From assembly GCA_036676395.1 (NCBI GenBank), contig JAKFCY010000004.1, forward strand, positions 1-26,055: DNA of 26,055 bases, in the 5' to 3' direction. The notes under the pieces were generated by a model. That model was given only the letters and a program-made list of their open reading frames with translations. It searched no databases and had not been told where the DNA came from. The translations under genes were made by a program, and so were the position numbers. Within the stretch, counting starts at the first letter, position 1; the number at the start of each line of letters is the position of its first letter. Source of the stretch: Bdellovibrio sp. (GTDB lineage Bacteria; Bdellovibrionota; Bdellovibrionia; Bdellovibrionales; Bdellovibrionaceae). Of this stretch, positions 16,931-26,055 are shown piece by piece.

Positions 16931-19900
16931 CTAATAAGCTTCTATCAACCCTGTTGAATCTTGATAATAACTTAGCACCTCATCATATTTACTTGGCATT
17001 TCACCATGCTCATATTCCCAATAAACGAAAGCTGCATTCGCTAAATCTTCACCTTTCGCATATTTTCGCCAGTTATTTGGATTGTTGGGGTCTGTTTTAT
17101 AAGCTCTAAATGCCGCCATATTAGTATCTAACAATGATTGAGCCTCATTAACACGCCCAGCTTTTTTCAACCAATAAGCACAGCTTCCAGCGGGGGAGCC
17201 ATAAGCCCACGACAAATCTTCAGAGACCTTTTTTCCTAGATTAAAGTAATCTTTATCTAAACTAACCTGTTTTTTATCTGCCAAATACCCTAAGTGACAC
17301 ATCGCCCTAGCTTTAAATTGCGCTTGCGGAATTATTTCAACGTGTTTTGCTAATTCAGTCAAATAGATGGGCAATTGCTTATCGCCCTGATCAACATACA
17401 TATCTAGAATTTCTAAAAAGCCGCCTATTGCTCTTCTTTGTTCTTTTGCGCCATGCTGGGTACCAAAATATTGATTGAAGGCGTTAAGTTCTTTAAGCAA
17501 TATAGGTTTCATTTCCCTTTGTTTTTTTGAATCTTTTTCAGCAATAGTCACTAAAGCATTAATTCTCAAATCTGAAGGGTTTAAATTATTAAGAATGTTA
17601 GTTGCTGCTTTCAGGTTGCCTCGATCAGCCTCATTGATAGCCATCTCAATTTCAATCGCATCTGCACGACGATTGTTTTGTATGCTTTCTGCCGGCGCAC
17701 TGTAATCAAAGTCAATTTGCAGTTTCTGAACATCCTCCACACTCGCCCCACAGTAGGCCATTCCCTGCGCAATGTAAGGTAGTAATGTGTAATGCGGATG
17801 CCTGATTACAAATGAATTATTTACATTCATTTTATTAAGCTGCAAAGATTTTACTGCATTGTTGAAACTATTTAATGCACCTTCACAATCACCATATTTT
17901 GCACGTAACCGTCCCACTTTGGTATAAACGCTTGGAGAAAATTTATACCAGCTACCTGCTTGCACAAAGCGTTCATACTCATCCGCAGCTTGCTTTGCTT
18001 CTTTAATCTGTCCACTAGCAAACAAACTATTTATTTTTTGAGAATAATAGTTCTGATTAATCCAGCTTTTATTGGTGCCCTCTTTAGCCTCAGATTCTTT
18101 TCGTTGCTTCTCAATAAAATCAATTGGCAGAGTTGGCAAACTCCCTTTGTAATGCAATTCGTAACTAAGCCACATTTGCGGATAGCCTGCAAAGCCCTCG
18201 CGCCCATAAGGATTGTTATAATTGCCGCCTACTATACGTTTAAGATCAAAAGGATATCTACATTCATCGATTGCCAATTTCAGAGTTTCTGATATTTGCA
18301 ACCGATTATTTTTTTGCATTGATATGGCACTAGATAGGAAATCTCTACCTGTTTGCAAATCACCATTTCTACACATATGTAAAGCCGAGTTAGCATAAGC
18401 ATACGCACTAAAATAAGTGCCATGTATGATAGGTTGGTCTCGGTATTCAATTAAATCCAACTGTCTTTTAGCAAAAGCTGTGTTTCCCATACGCGAATAA
18501 GCAATCGCCATTTCTGCCCTAATATTATTGATTCTCATAAGATCACTATCTGAGCCATGAAGCTTTTTGCTAGGAGTGTACAGCTCTAGTATTTTTAGTA
18601 ATTGAATAGCTTTGGCAGTTTGCTTGGTATCTGCATAAACTTCAGAGGCGCTTGCTAAAGCTAGTAAATAGGTTTCACGATCAGCTCCATCATTGTAATC
18701 ATTTATCTCAATTACAGTGCTCAAATCCGTATTCAGTGGCTCAACATAAACGGGCTTACGTAAAGCTTTTACTAGTGCTGCATTGTTTAGAGCAATTTCA
18801 GCTTGTTTAATTTCCTCTCGCGCTTCCGCCCTAACTTTGAGGAATACATCACTTTGTTTATTTACTTTCTTTTCGAAATCCAAGCCATAGGGATCTATTC
18901 CACGTTCTCGCATGTTTTGTAGAGTATGATTTAACTCCCCTTTTTTGCCGAGAGCCGTAAATAATCTACGTACTTTATAAAAAGTATGGACTCCGCCATT
19001 GGCGGTTTGTTTGAACGCAAAGTCACTCAAGCAGTCAACATTGGGCTTAAAAATACATGCTTCATATTGGGTTCTTAGGTCATTTGCTAACTCTATCTCT
19101 GTGATTGGCTTAGGAGCGGGCAGCGCGAATCGCGGATCTTCATTGGAATAGGACATCGCTTCGTCCAGCCAAGGGCATTTAAGCACTTGCTCAGTATGAT
19201 TGTCCAATGGTCGCAAATGTCGCATTCCAAGCTTATAGCGCTGATATGTTTCAGCAAAAGGAATAACATCTAACTCTCTTAAAGATTCAGGACGATGAGC
19301 ATTCCGGCCTAAAGTTGAAAGTCTTTCAGTAAAAACAAGTGATTTATCGACACTTAAGTAAATGTATCCGGATAAGAAAAAAGAGGACATTGGGTACATC
19401 TTGTTTGTTGGAATCTCGTAATCACTTTGCGTCCAATCAATCACGCCATATAGCTTTCCATCTTCATTAAAATATTTGGTATAGCCAACAGGCACACCAG
19501 AGCAGAAATACTCCTGACTTTGCAATTTGCCAGATGGCCAAAACACTTTGATTGCTTGATTTTTCTCTAATTCATAACTAATGGAGGGCGTTGATGGTTT
19601 ATAAAACCAAATTTTTGAATGTTCCTGATTGTTTGCTAAATAGGTAGTAGTAACACTAATTGCGTCAACTTCATGAACTGCCTTATATTTCAATGTTTTG
19701 TCTTCATGAAGGACTGTATGAATTTTTTTACTTTGCGAATATTGATTGAGCTGTTTGGCAAGCTCTAATTGTCTAAAAGCTTGAAGTAAATCTAATGGCA
19801 TTCTTTCATACTTTACACCTTCACTTTTACTCAACTGCGCAAAAGGGTGGTAGCTTTTTTCAGAACTGTAAGACTCATACACTCCAGTTTGCAAAGCTTC

Positions 19901-19972
19901 CTCATAAGTAGTATCAGCAAGGCTATCAAAAGATAGTAACGCTAAGAATAAGTAAACTGTGCATCGCATCAT
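16931..19972 (-). CDS. Large secreted protein with MORN-variant-like repeats and an alpha-helical (TPR-like) region
   Basis: Signal peptide (..DSLA-D); FWPSGKLQSQEYF..G..KYFNEDGKL repeats; long helical remainder; 1013 aa. Confidence 0.75.
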   Translation of the reverse strand: MMRCTVYLFLALLSFDSLADTTYEEALQTGVYESYSSEKSYHPFAQLSKSEGVKYERMPLDLLQAFRQLELAKQLNQYSQSKKIHTVLHEDKTLKYKAVHEVDAISVTTTYLANNQEHSKIWFYKPSTPSISYELEKNQAIKVFWPSGKLQSQEYFCSGVPVGYTKYFNEDGKLYGVIDWTQSDYEIPTNKMYPMSSFFLSGYIYLSVDKSLVFTERLSTLGRNAHRPESLRELDVIPFAETYQRYKLGMRHLRPLDNHTEQVLKCPWLDEAMSYSNEDPRFALPAPKPITEIELANDLRTQYEACIFKPNVDCLSDFAFKQTANGGVHTFYKVRRLFTALGKKGELNHTLQNMRERGIDPYGLDFEKKVNKQSDVFLKVRAEAREEIKQAEIALNNAALVKALRKPVYVEPLNTDLSTVIEINDYNDGADRETYLLALASASEVYADTKQTAKAIQLLKILELYTPSKKLHGSDSDLMRINNIRAEMAIAYSRMGNTAFAKRQLDLIEYRDQPIIHGTYFSAYAYANSALHMCRNGDLQTGRDFLSSAISMQKNNRLQISETLKLAIDECRYPFDLKRIVGGNYNNPYGREGFAGYPQMWLSYELHYKGSLPTLPIDFIEKQRKESEAKEGTNKSWINQNYYSQKINSLFASGQIKEAKQAADEYERFVQAGSWYKFSPSVYTKVGRLRAKYGDCEGALNSFNNAVKSLQLNKMNVNNSFVIRHPHYTLLPYIAQGMAYCGASVEDVQKLQIDFDYSAPAESIQNNRRADAIEIEMAINEADRGNLKAATNILNNLNPSDLRINALVTIAEKDSKKQREMKPILLKELNAFNQYFGTQHGAKEQRRAIGGFLEILDMYVDQGDKQLPIYLTELAKHVEIIPQAQFKARAMCHLGYLADKKQVSLDKDYFNLGKKVSEDLSWAYGSPAGSCAYWLKKAGRVNEAQSLLDTNMAAFRAYKTDPNNPNNWRKYAKGEDLANAAFVYWEYEHGEMPSKYDEVLSYYQDSTGLIEAY

Positions 19973-20112
19973 TTGCTAGCCTTTTGAGTGCAATTGAGGT
20001 GACTTATTGCATAGGTGGAATTACTTTTTGCATATTGGTATAACATTAAGTGAGCTAGCCTGGACATGTTTTTTTATTATTAACTTTTGAAGTTAGTTAT
20101 TGCTCTGCCCTT

Positions 20113-20158
20113 ATAGTAATTAATCGCACATACAGACACAACCCAATAGAAATGCCAG
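20113..20158 (-). promoter_or_regulatory. Sigma70-like promoter block B
   Basis: Minus strand TTGTGT-17nt-TACTAT upstream of the 1013-aa gene; homologous to 14535-14580. Confidence 0.6.
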
Positions 20159-20198
20159 TATATTTTTATGTACAGTGAAGAGAGTTTCTATTAATTTG

Positions 20199-20229
20199 AA
20201 TGACCGCTTTGGGCCGAATTCCGACATTG
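20199..20229. repeat. Short GC hairpin repeat abutting the attR arm
   Basis: AATGACCGCTTTGGGCCGAATTCCGACATTG directly before CAACGTGACA. Confidence 0.65.
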
Positions 20230-20358
<129 letters not shown>

Positions 20359-20450
20359 GTATTTAGAAAGGTCTAGCTTTTGCTAGGCCTTTTTTATTTG
20401 GTGAACGTGACCAAAACGTGACAAATTAATCACGTTATCGCCAGGTTGGA
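20359..20450 (-). pseudogene. Remnant of a related element's left end (terminator, arm sites, last integrase codons)
   Basis: Closely similar to 4644-4735 (..CGTGACCAAAACGTGACAAATTAATCAC..TCGCC..TTGGA), after which similarity stops. Confidence 0.8.
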
Positions 20451-20790
20451 CGGCTCCATATTATGACCCAGGAGTTTCGGCTAAAGACAATCAAGCGTAG
20501 ATAACTAAACTTAACCAACGATTAGACAGCATTGAGTACATATTAAGACAAATGATGAATAGGCTAAATGTCAGGTAACTCACAACCCTAACCACTAATC
20601 GGCGGTTTTTTATTGCCCATCTATTGAATTGGAGATCCACGCGTTTTTGTTCGATACTGCCCTTAAATTCCAACTTAGATTGTTTGAATCCTCACCCTAT
20701 TGATTTTTTCCAATTGAAGGATTAAATTAGTTATTCGCGCTAAATCAATGCTTTGGTTCAAATCACATTTTTAATATATGTGGAGGCCAT

Positions 20791-20970
20791 ATGATTAATC
20801 GTTCAAATAAAGCGTTAGAAGAAACTGTTACTACCGGACTGCAATTGTTCAAAAAAGGTGAATGTTTCGATGCAGTGATTTTGATGAAAAATCATGGCGT
20901 ACCCAATAGCGTAATTGCACGGGTGCTGTACGAACAGAACCGAATTAGAAATACTGATTTCCAGAATTAA
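20791..20970 (+). CDS. Small hypothetical protein (59 aa), not in the ORF track
   Basis: GGAGG RBS at 20782; MINRSNKALEETVTTGLQLFKKGECFDAVILMKNHGVPNSVIARVLYEQNRIRNTDFQN*; terminator downstream. Confidence 0.7.
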   Translation: MINRSNKALEETVTTGLQLFKKGECFDAVILMKNHGVPNSVIARVLYEQNRIRNTDFQN

Positions 20971-21008
20971 GCTTTAATCTTTCTCATTCTTTAAAAGAGA
21001 ATCCTTAC

Positions 21009-21031
21009 AAACCCGCTACCGCGGGTTTTTT
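21009..21031 (+). terminator. Rho-independent terminator
   Basis: AAACCCGC-TACC-GCGGGTTTTTT. Confidence 0.75.
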
Positions 21032-21213
21032 ATTGCCTATTGATAGGAAAGGTATAGGCTTATTTCTTTAAACGCGGCTTAAGATATTCCTCAACAGTAC
21101 TAACTACTAAGAACATCTTTTTGAAGTTCATCAGGCTTATCATCCCCTCAATTAAATCATAAAGCACATCTCTTCTCTCATGACAAAATCACTGCTTAGG
21201 ACCAGGACCTACA

Positions 21214-21315
21214 CCGTGACAACTTGTCACGGCTTTACGAGCATAAAAGAGTAAAGCGAGTCTATAACGTTATATAAATATGGTTTTAAAGTTAGATATC
21301 CGCGTGTCGTCAGTT
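21214..21315. repeat. att-arm repeat copy 5 (degenerate attR with partial tRNA fragment)
   Basis: CCGTGACAACTTGTCACGG...GCGAGTCTATAACGTTATATAAAT...ATCCGCGTGTCGTCAGTT. Confidence 0.85.
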
Positions 21316-21430
21316 TGGATATCTAATCGACTAGCAGCACGTGCAAGATGTTTTGTTGCACTTTGCTATCTATCACGCATAAATCTGCGTTTTCCAACCA
21401 CCTAGTTCTTTTCATTCAGCATAATTCGTT
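21313..21430 (-). pseudogene. Decayed integrase 3' fragment
   Basis: GTTTGGATATCTAATCGACTAGCAGC..GTGCAAGATGTT..GCGTTTTCCAACCACC matches ~4729-4848 with indels. Confidence 0.85.
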
Positions 21431-21442
21431 TGTACGGGTACA

Positions 21443-22546
21443 TTAAATACCACTAGAAGTGCGAGAGGCCTGTTTGAATTGCACCTTTGAAGCGCAATCC
21501 TGGACTTCAATCCCAATTTCTTCCGTCTGCCCAATGGCTATTACTTTGAAATTTTCTACATATTGATTTGCAATAGCAGAGGCAAAGTCTGCCCGATTTT
21601 CATCTGAGGTTTCATCTCCAAGTTGAAATGTCCCCCAATGAATTGGAATAGATTTTGTTGGTTTTAGGTCTATGTGAGCCTGTACAGCTTCGCTGGGGTT
21701 CATATGTTCGAAACGCATTAAATTGCGGGGTTTGTAAGCACCTATGGGCAAAGCCGCCATATCGATATGACCAACTTTTTGTGAAATTTGTTTAAACAGC
21801 TCTGCTTCATAAGCGGTGTCGCCCGCAAAATAGAATTTCTTATTAGCGTATTCAATTGTCCAGCCTCCCCACAATGTTTCGTTCTTATTTGTAAATGCTC
21901 TACCACTGGAATGTTGTGCTGGTACAAATACAAACTCTGCATTACCTAGTTTTATTTCGTCCCACCAATTTAGCTCTTCTACTTTTGCATCAGCGACATT
22001 GTTTTTAAACCAAGAATTCAAACCTAGTCCGGTTAAAAACAATGGACTGCCATTTTCTTGTTTGGCCAGGTTTCTTACAGTTTGTAAATCAAGATGGTCA
22101 TAATGATCGTGCGAGATCAGAACAATATCAATATGAGGTAAATCCTTCATATCCAACGGAAGTGGTACTAAGCGTTTAGGCCCTAGCGGTGGAGTAGGTG
22201 AGGCATATTGACTAAAAACTGGATCGGTTAATATCCACAGTTTTCCAGCTTTAATCAACATCGTAGCATGCCCCAGCCACGTCACAGAAAAGTCATCATG
22301 TTCCAATTGCTCCACACTTACTGATGATTGCTTAATGCTATTTTCATCGGCCTTCTTATTAGTAAGCTGAACCCAGGCTCGATGTAGCATATAACCAACG
22401 GAGGCACGTGATTTAGAATCTTTTGGATGCTCGAACAAATTTTTAAAAGGCACTCGCTTCTCGCTTGCATTGCTATTGGTAAATACAATTACACTAGTTA
22501 ATAAAATTGCTATTAATAAAACGAATTTGATCACAGAGTTTCTCAT
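21443..22546 (-). CDS. MBL-fold metallo-hydrolase (NAPE-PLD/RomA-like), with signal peptide
   Basis: TWLGHAT, LTDPVFS, SHDHYDHLD, PAQHSSGR, FAGDT, IHWGTF motifs. Confidence 0.9.
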   Translation of the reverse strand: MRNSVIKFVLLIAILLTSVIVFTNSNASEKRVPFKNLFEHPKDSKSRASVGYMLHRAWVQLTNKKADENSIKQSSVSVEQLEHDDFSVTWLGHATMLIKAGKLWILTDPVFSQYASPTPPLGPKRLVPLPLDMKDLPHIDIVLISHDHYDHLDLQTVRNLAKQENGSPLFLTGLGLNSWFKNNVADAKVEELNWWDEIKLGNAEFVFVPAQHSSGRAFTNKNETLWGGWTIEYANKKFYFAGDTAYEAELFKQISQKVGHIDMAALPIGAYKPRNLMRFEHMNPSEAVQAHIDLKPTKSIPIHWGTFQLGDETSDENRADFASAIANQYVENFKVIAIGQTEEIGIEVQDCASKVQFKQASRTSSGI

Positions 22547-22548
22547 TT

Positions 22549-23154
22549 TTACCTAGGCCAACTTTTTAAAGCGAACTCGACGATTTCCATGAGCTCTCTT
22601 TTTGATGCCCCGCTGGTTACTTGCACCGACATTCCTTGATGCAAGGTGGATAGAAACTTAGCTAAAGTTTCGGCGTTAGCATCAGCAGGCAAGTCGCCTT
22701 CTTTTTTTGCTTTCTCAAAACGTCTTGCTAATTGATGCTCATATGAATATCTATATTGGGTTAATAAATCTTTAACCATTAGGGAATCCGCACTTTCAGA
22801 CAGCGCGGCTTGTACAATTAAACAGCCTTTTGGGTGCTTCATGTCCGTAAAAAATTCTGCGGCCTGGATTAAAAAACTTTGAGCCACCTCATAAGCTGTA
22901 GGTTGATTTATTGCCTCTTGTATAAAAGCAACTGGGCCAGCAACATACCTTGATAGTGCCTTCTTGAATAACTCTTCTTTATTACCAAAGGCAGCATATA
23001 AGCTTGGTTTGTTGATGCCTAAAGTTTCTGTAAGCTCTGCAATAGAAGCACCCTCATAGCCCCTTTTCCAAAAGACTTCCAAAACCTTATCCAAAGCTGC
23101 ATCCATATCAAAAACCCGTGGACGGCCTCTTCGTTTGTTATTTTTTTCTAGCAT
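22549..23154 (-). CDS. TetR/AcrR family transcriptional regulator
   Basis: GRPRVFD..FWKRGYEGASIAELTETLGINKPSLYAAFGNKEELF HTH. Confidence 0.95.
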   Translation of the reverse strand: MLEKNNKRRGRPRVFDMDAALDKVLEVFWKRGYEGASIAELTETLGINKPSLYAAFGNKEELFKKALSRYVAGPVAFIQEAINQPTAYEVAQSFLIQAAEFFTDMKHPKGCLIVQAALSESADSLMVKDLLTQYRYSYEHQLARRFEKAKKEGDLPADANAETLAKFLSTLHQGMSVQVTSGASKRELMEIVEFALKSWPR

Positions 23155-23176
23155 AATTTATCTCTTTATTAATTAA

Positions 23177-23248
23177 TGTACCAATTGTTACAGAAATGTG
23201 TTGACAATGCAATATGTATTGAATTACATTTATGTACCGTTCGGTATT
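23177..23248. promoter_or_regulatory. Divergent promoter region with two putative TetR operators
   Basis: TGTACCAATTGTTACA (23177-23192) and TGTACCGTTCGGTATT (23233-23248) flank TTGACA (23201)-18nt-TACATT (23225). Confidence 0.65.
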
Positions 23249-23273
23249 TTATTAATTAGATAAGGAGTTACAA

Positions 23274-24179
23274 ATGAACAAATTCTTAAAATCTTTAGTT
23301 TTGGTTGCCACAACATTTTCAATAGTTGAGTCAGGCTCAGCTTTAGCAGCGGACAAACTAGAAACAGCACCTACTAAATATGTAGAGGCTAATGGAGTGA
23401 AATTTTCTTATCGCACATTGGGGCCTAAATCCGGTACCCCTTTGATACTTCTACAACACTTTACGGGCACTATGGATGCCTGGGATCCTGCAGTTGTAAA
23501 TGCTTTAGCTAAATCTCGTACTGTTGTAGTGTTCAATAATAAAGGTGTTGGTGCTACCAATGGCGTTGTTGCGGATAATGTTTCCCAGATGTCATCAGAC
23601 GCTTATGCTTTCATTCAAGCATTAGGTTACAAAAAAGTTGATTTGCTTGGTTTCTCAATGGGTGGCTTCATTGCGCAGCAATTAGCGGCTCAACATCCGG
23701 ACTTGGTCAATAAAGTGATTCTCGCTGGCACCACGCATCAAGGTGGTGGTAATAATTTAATGCAAGTTTTAGGCGAGGCGTTTTCTAGAACAAATGCACC
23801 CGACCCACGTGATTACTTATTCTTCTCGCAATCTGAAGCAGGCAAAAAAGCTGCGAGTGAATTTTTATCAAGAGTTTATGCAAGAACGAAAGACCGTGAT
23901 CCAGAAAGCGGTAAAGAAATTGCTGATGCACACGGTAAGGCACTCATTGTTTTCACAAGCACACCTGACCCAGAATTCAAGACACTCAAAGCCATCCATC
24001 AACCTGTATTAGTAGTAACTGGTAGTAATGACACGATGCTGCCAACCGAAGGTTCGATTACTTTATACAAGCAATTAAGTAATGCTCAATTGATTTTATA
24101 TCCAGATTCTAATCATGGCTCAATCTTTCAGTTCCATGACTCTTTCGTTAACTCAGCAGACTTTTTCTTAAGTCATTAA
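23274..24179 (+). CDS. Secreted alpha/beta hydrolase
   Basis: Signal peptide, GFSMGG nucleophile elbow, GSND and NHG catalytic positions; AAGGAG RBS. Confidence 0.9.
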   Translation: MNKFLKSLVLVATTFSIVESGSALAADKLETAPTKYVEANGVKFSYRTLGPKSGTPLILLQHFTGTMDAWDPAVVNALAKSRTVVVFNNKGVGATNGVVADNVSQMSSDAYAFIQALGYKKVDLLGFSMGGFIAQQLAAQHPDLVNKVILAGTTHQGGGNNLMQVLGEAFSRTNAPDPRDYLFFSQSEAGKKAASEFLSRVYARTKDRDPESGKEIADAHGKALIVFTSTPDPEFKTLKAIHQPVLVVTGSNDTMLPTEGSITLYKQLSNAQLILYPDSNHGSIFQFHDSFVNSADFFLSH

Positions 24180-24248
24180 AGTTAAGTTAGCCACATCCTA
24201 CGGGCTGTGGCTATAGTACTTAATCAATAATCTGAAAGTGATAAACAA

Positions 24249-25661
24249 ATGAAATCACTAACCCCAACATACGTACCAGCTGTAAAAGTCGCACCGAGTG
24301 CATGGCAGGTATTTACAGTTGCCAGTATCGCTATTTTTATGGCATCTCTAGATAGCACCATTCTTTATGCAGGGTTCAATAATATTTTAAATAGCTTTCC
24401 AAATTCTAAGGCTACTGATTTATCTTGGGCTATGACTGGATATTCGATTGTATATGCTGCGATGCTAATTCCTGCCGGTGGAATAGCAGACAAATATGGC
24501 AGAAAAAAGATCTTTATGCTGGGTACACTTTTGTTTATTTCGGCTTCATTTGCATGTGGAGCATCGCCCAGCGTTTTTTGGTTAATTGTAGCAAGAGTAT
24601 TTCAATCAATTGGTGCTTGCTTGCTAACACCTGCGGCACTGGCCTTGGTACTTGATGCATTCCCTAAAGAGAAGCGCATGATTGCGATGGGTGCATGGGG
24701 AGCCGTAGGCGCTTTAGCTGCAGCTTTAGGACCTGGCATAGGGTCCTATATTATTGATGTCGGTGGGTGGGAGTGGGCCTTTTTCATCAATGTACCCATT
24801 GGATTACTTTGCATTTGGCAAAGCTCAAAAATATTACACGAATCTACTCAGCCCAGAGACAAAATGCACATGGATTGGATTGGCATGTTCCAGCTGATTA
24901 TTGGTGTTGGGGCCATTGCTTTTGGCATTGTTGAAATGAAGTCGCCTGATTGGAATCATTTAGAGCTCATTGGGATTATTGTTCTGGGCTTTGCAATTAT
25001 TTTAAGTTACATCCCTTGGGCAAAATTTAATCCAGAACCACTGTTCGAGCTAAGCCTATTTAAAAACAAAACATTTATGTACGCAAATCTGGCAGGCATT
25101 ACTTTTGCAATTGCATTTTCTATCATGTTCTTTTCATTCTTTTTTTGGATGAAAAACATTTGGCATTTCGATCAAACATTAGCAGGTGCTGCAATTATGC
25201 CAGGCCCTTTAGCGGTTGTTCCTACTGCAATATTATCAGGAAGAATTGCATCAAAAATAGGCCATCGGTCATTATTGGTCACTGGTACAGTTTTATATGC
25301 TTTAAGCGGTTTATGGTTTTTATTAATTCCTGACGCAAATCCTAATTATTTAAAAGACTGGTTGCCAGGATTGCTGCTTAATGGCATTTCTATTGGATTG
25401 ATGATGCCATCTTTATCAGCTGCGGCAGTTTATGCTTTGCCTCCGAAGGATTATGCAGTTGGCTCTGCAATCAATCAAGCTATGCGGCAAATAGGTACAG
25501 TAATAGGAGTGTCTATAACCGTCCTTTTTTTAGCAAAGTCTCAACTAACAGTAACAGACTTTAGACCCACCTATTTAATACATATTGCATTAGCTGTGAT
25601 AACTGCATTCTTGTGTATGCCAATTAAGACTCATCCTAAACACTCTTTAACTGCTAAGTAA
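24249..25661 (+). CDS. MFS efflux transporter (DHA2-like)
   Basis: MASLDSTI, GGIADKYGRKK motif A, ARVFQSIG, GPGIG, WEWAFFINVPIG. Confidence 0.92.
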   Translation: MKSLTPTYVPAVKVAPSAWQVFTVASIAIFMASLDSTILYAGFNNILNSFPNSKATDLSWAMTGYSIVYAAMLIPAGGIADKYGRKKIFMLGTLLFISASFACGASPSVFWLIVARVFQSIGACLLTPAALALVLDAFPKEKRMIAMGAWGAVGALAAALGPGIGSYIIDVGGWEWAFFINVPIGLLCIWQSSKILHESTQPRDKMHMDWIGMFQLIIGVGAIAFGIVEMKSPDWNHLELIGIIVLGFAIILSYIPWAKFNPEPLFELSLFKNKTFMYANLAGITFAIAFSIMFFSFFFWMKNIWHFDQTLAGAAIMPGPLAVVPTAILSGRIASKIGHRSLLVTGTVLYALSGLWFLLIPDANPNYLKDWLPGLLLNGISIGLMMPSLSAAAVYALPPKDYAVGSAINQAMRQIGTVIGVSITVLFLAKSQLTVTDFRPTYLIHIALAVITAFLCMPIKTHPKHSLTAK

Positions 25662-25792
25662 CAGAAGACATGAAGCCGTTAAGATGAAAAGAAATGTCGT
25701 TATAAGTGTTGGAAGGTAGTGAGCCCGCTTCCAAAAATATCAAGTGAGTATTAAAAAATGCAGTTTAAATTAACCTAAAAATGGAGAATAAA

Positions 25793-26055
25793 ATGGAAAA
25801 TATACCAAAAGACTTAAAGTTTAATGGTGAAGAGCTTTTTGTCGAACTTAGCGATGGTGAAGTATTAAGGGTCATTAAAACTGGCCATGGTGAGCCACTT
25901 GTCTTGATGCATACAATAAGGACGCAAATTGAATTTTTTAGTGAGATGATCCCATTTTATGCAAAAAACTATACTGTTTATGCTGTTGATTTGCCAGGGC
26001 ATGGGCAATCTTCCATCAATAAAAAAATTAACTATGATGAACCATACTTAAGAAA
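25793..26055 (+). CDS. Alpha/beta hydrolase, 5' part (runs off the window)
   Basis: GGAG RBS; MENIPKDLKF..TGHGEPLVLMHTIRTQ..YTVYAVDLPGHGQS. Confidence 0.85.
   Translation, partial: MENIPKDLKFNGEELFVELSDGEVLRVIKTGHGEPLVLMHTIRTQIEFFSEMIPFYAKNYTVYAVDLPGHGQSSINKKINYDEPYLR

Noticed and set aside
16751..16957. 68-aa plus-strand ORF
   Set aside because: It spans an intergenic promoter region and the hairpin repeat, opposes both neighbours and has no RBS or recognisable motif.
20491..20673. 60-aa minus-strand ORF
   Set aside because: Non-ATG start, no clear RBS and no recognisable features; cannot be supported.

Overview
Bacterial chromosomal window, probably betaproteobacterial (inferred from gene style only). 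Bases 1-4406 hold a cobalamin uptake and nucleotide-loop cluster: the 3' end of a TonB-dependent receptor, btuM, bluB and cobU, convergent with cobT-cobS-cobC. A tRNA-Phe(GAA) at 4568-4643 is the integration site of an AT-rich element of about 15.7 kb, bounded by a 45-bp direct repeat of the tRNA 3' half (4599-4643 / 20314-20358). The element core encodes a tyrosine integrase, an excisionase-like protein, a Rep_trans-type rolling-circle initiator with a candidate nick hairpin, a hypothetical protein and a PARIS-like (ABC ATPase + DUF4435/TOPRIM) defence pair. No capsid or conjugation genes were recognised. The main unexplained structure is in the cargo. It is split into co-oriented modules by five copies of a ~95-bp attachment-arm repeat (starts 10392, 12096, 14627, 20230, 21214), each ending at the tRNA anticodon-loop core (TTGAAAA, degenerate in copies 1 and 5). 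Two internal copies carry a dedicated non-tRNA right arm (IHF consensus plus CGTGACA at identical spacing). Short GCTTTGGGCCGAAAGC-type hairpins sit at module edges, and one module contains a captured integron gene cassette. This looks like an integron-like gene-accretion array run by a tRNA-targeting phage-type integrase. Two decayed tandem remnants of related elements follow attR, then an MBL-fold hydrolase/TetR // alpha-beta hydrolase/MFS/alpha-beta hydrolase cluster.
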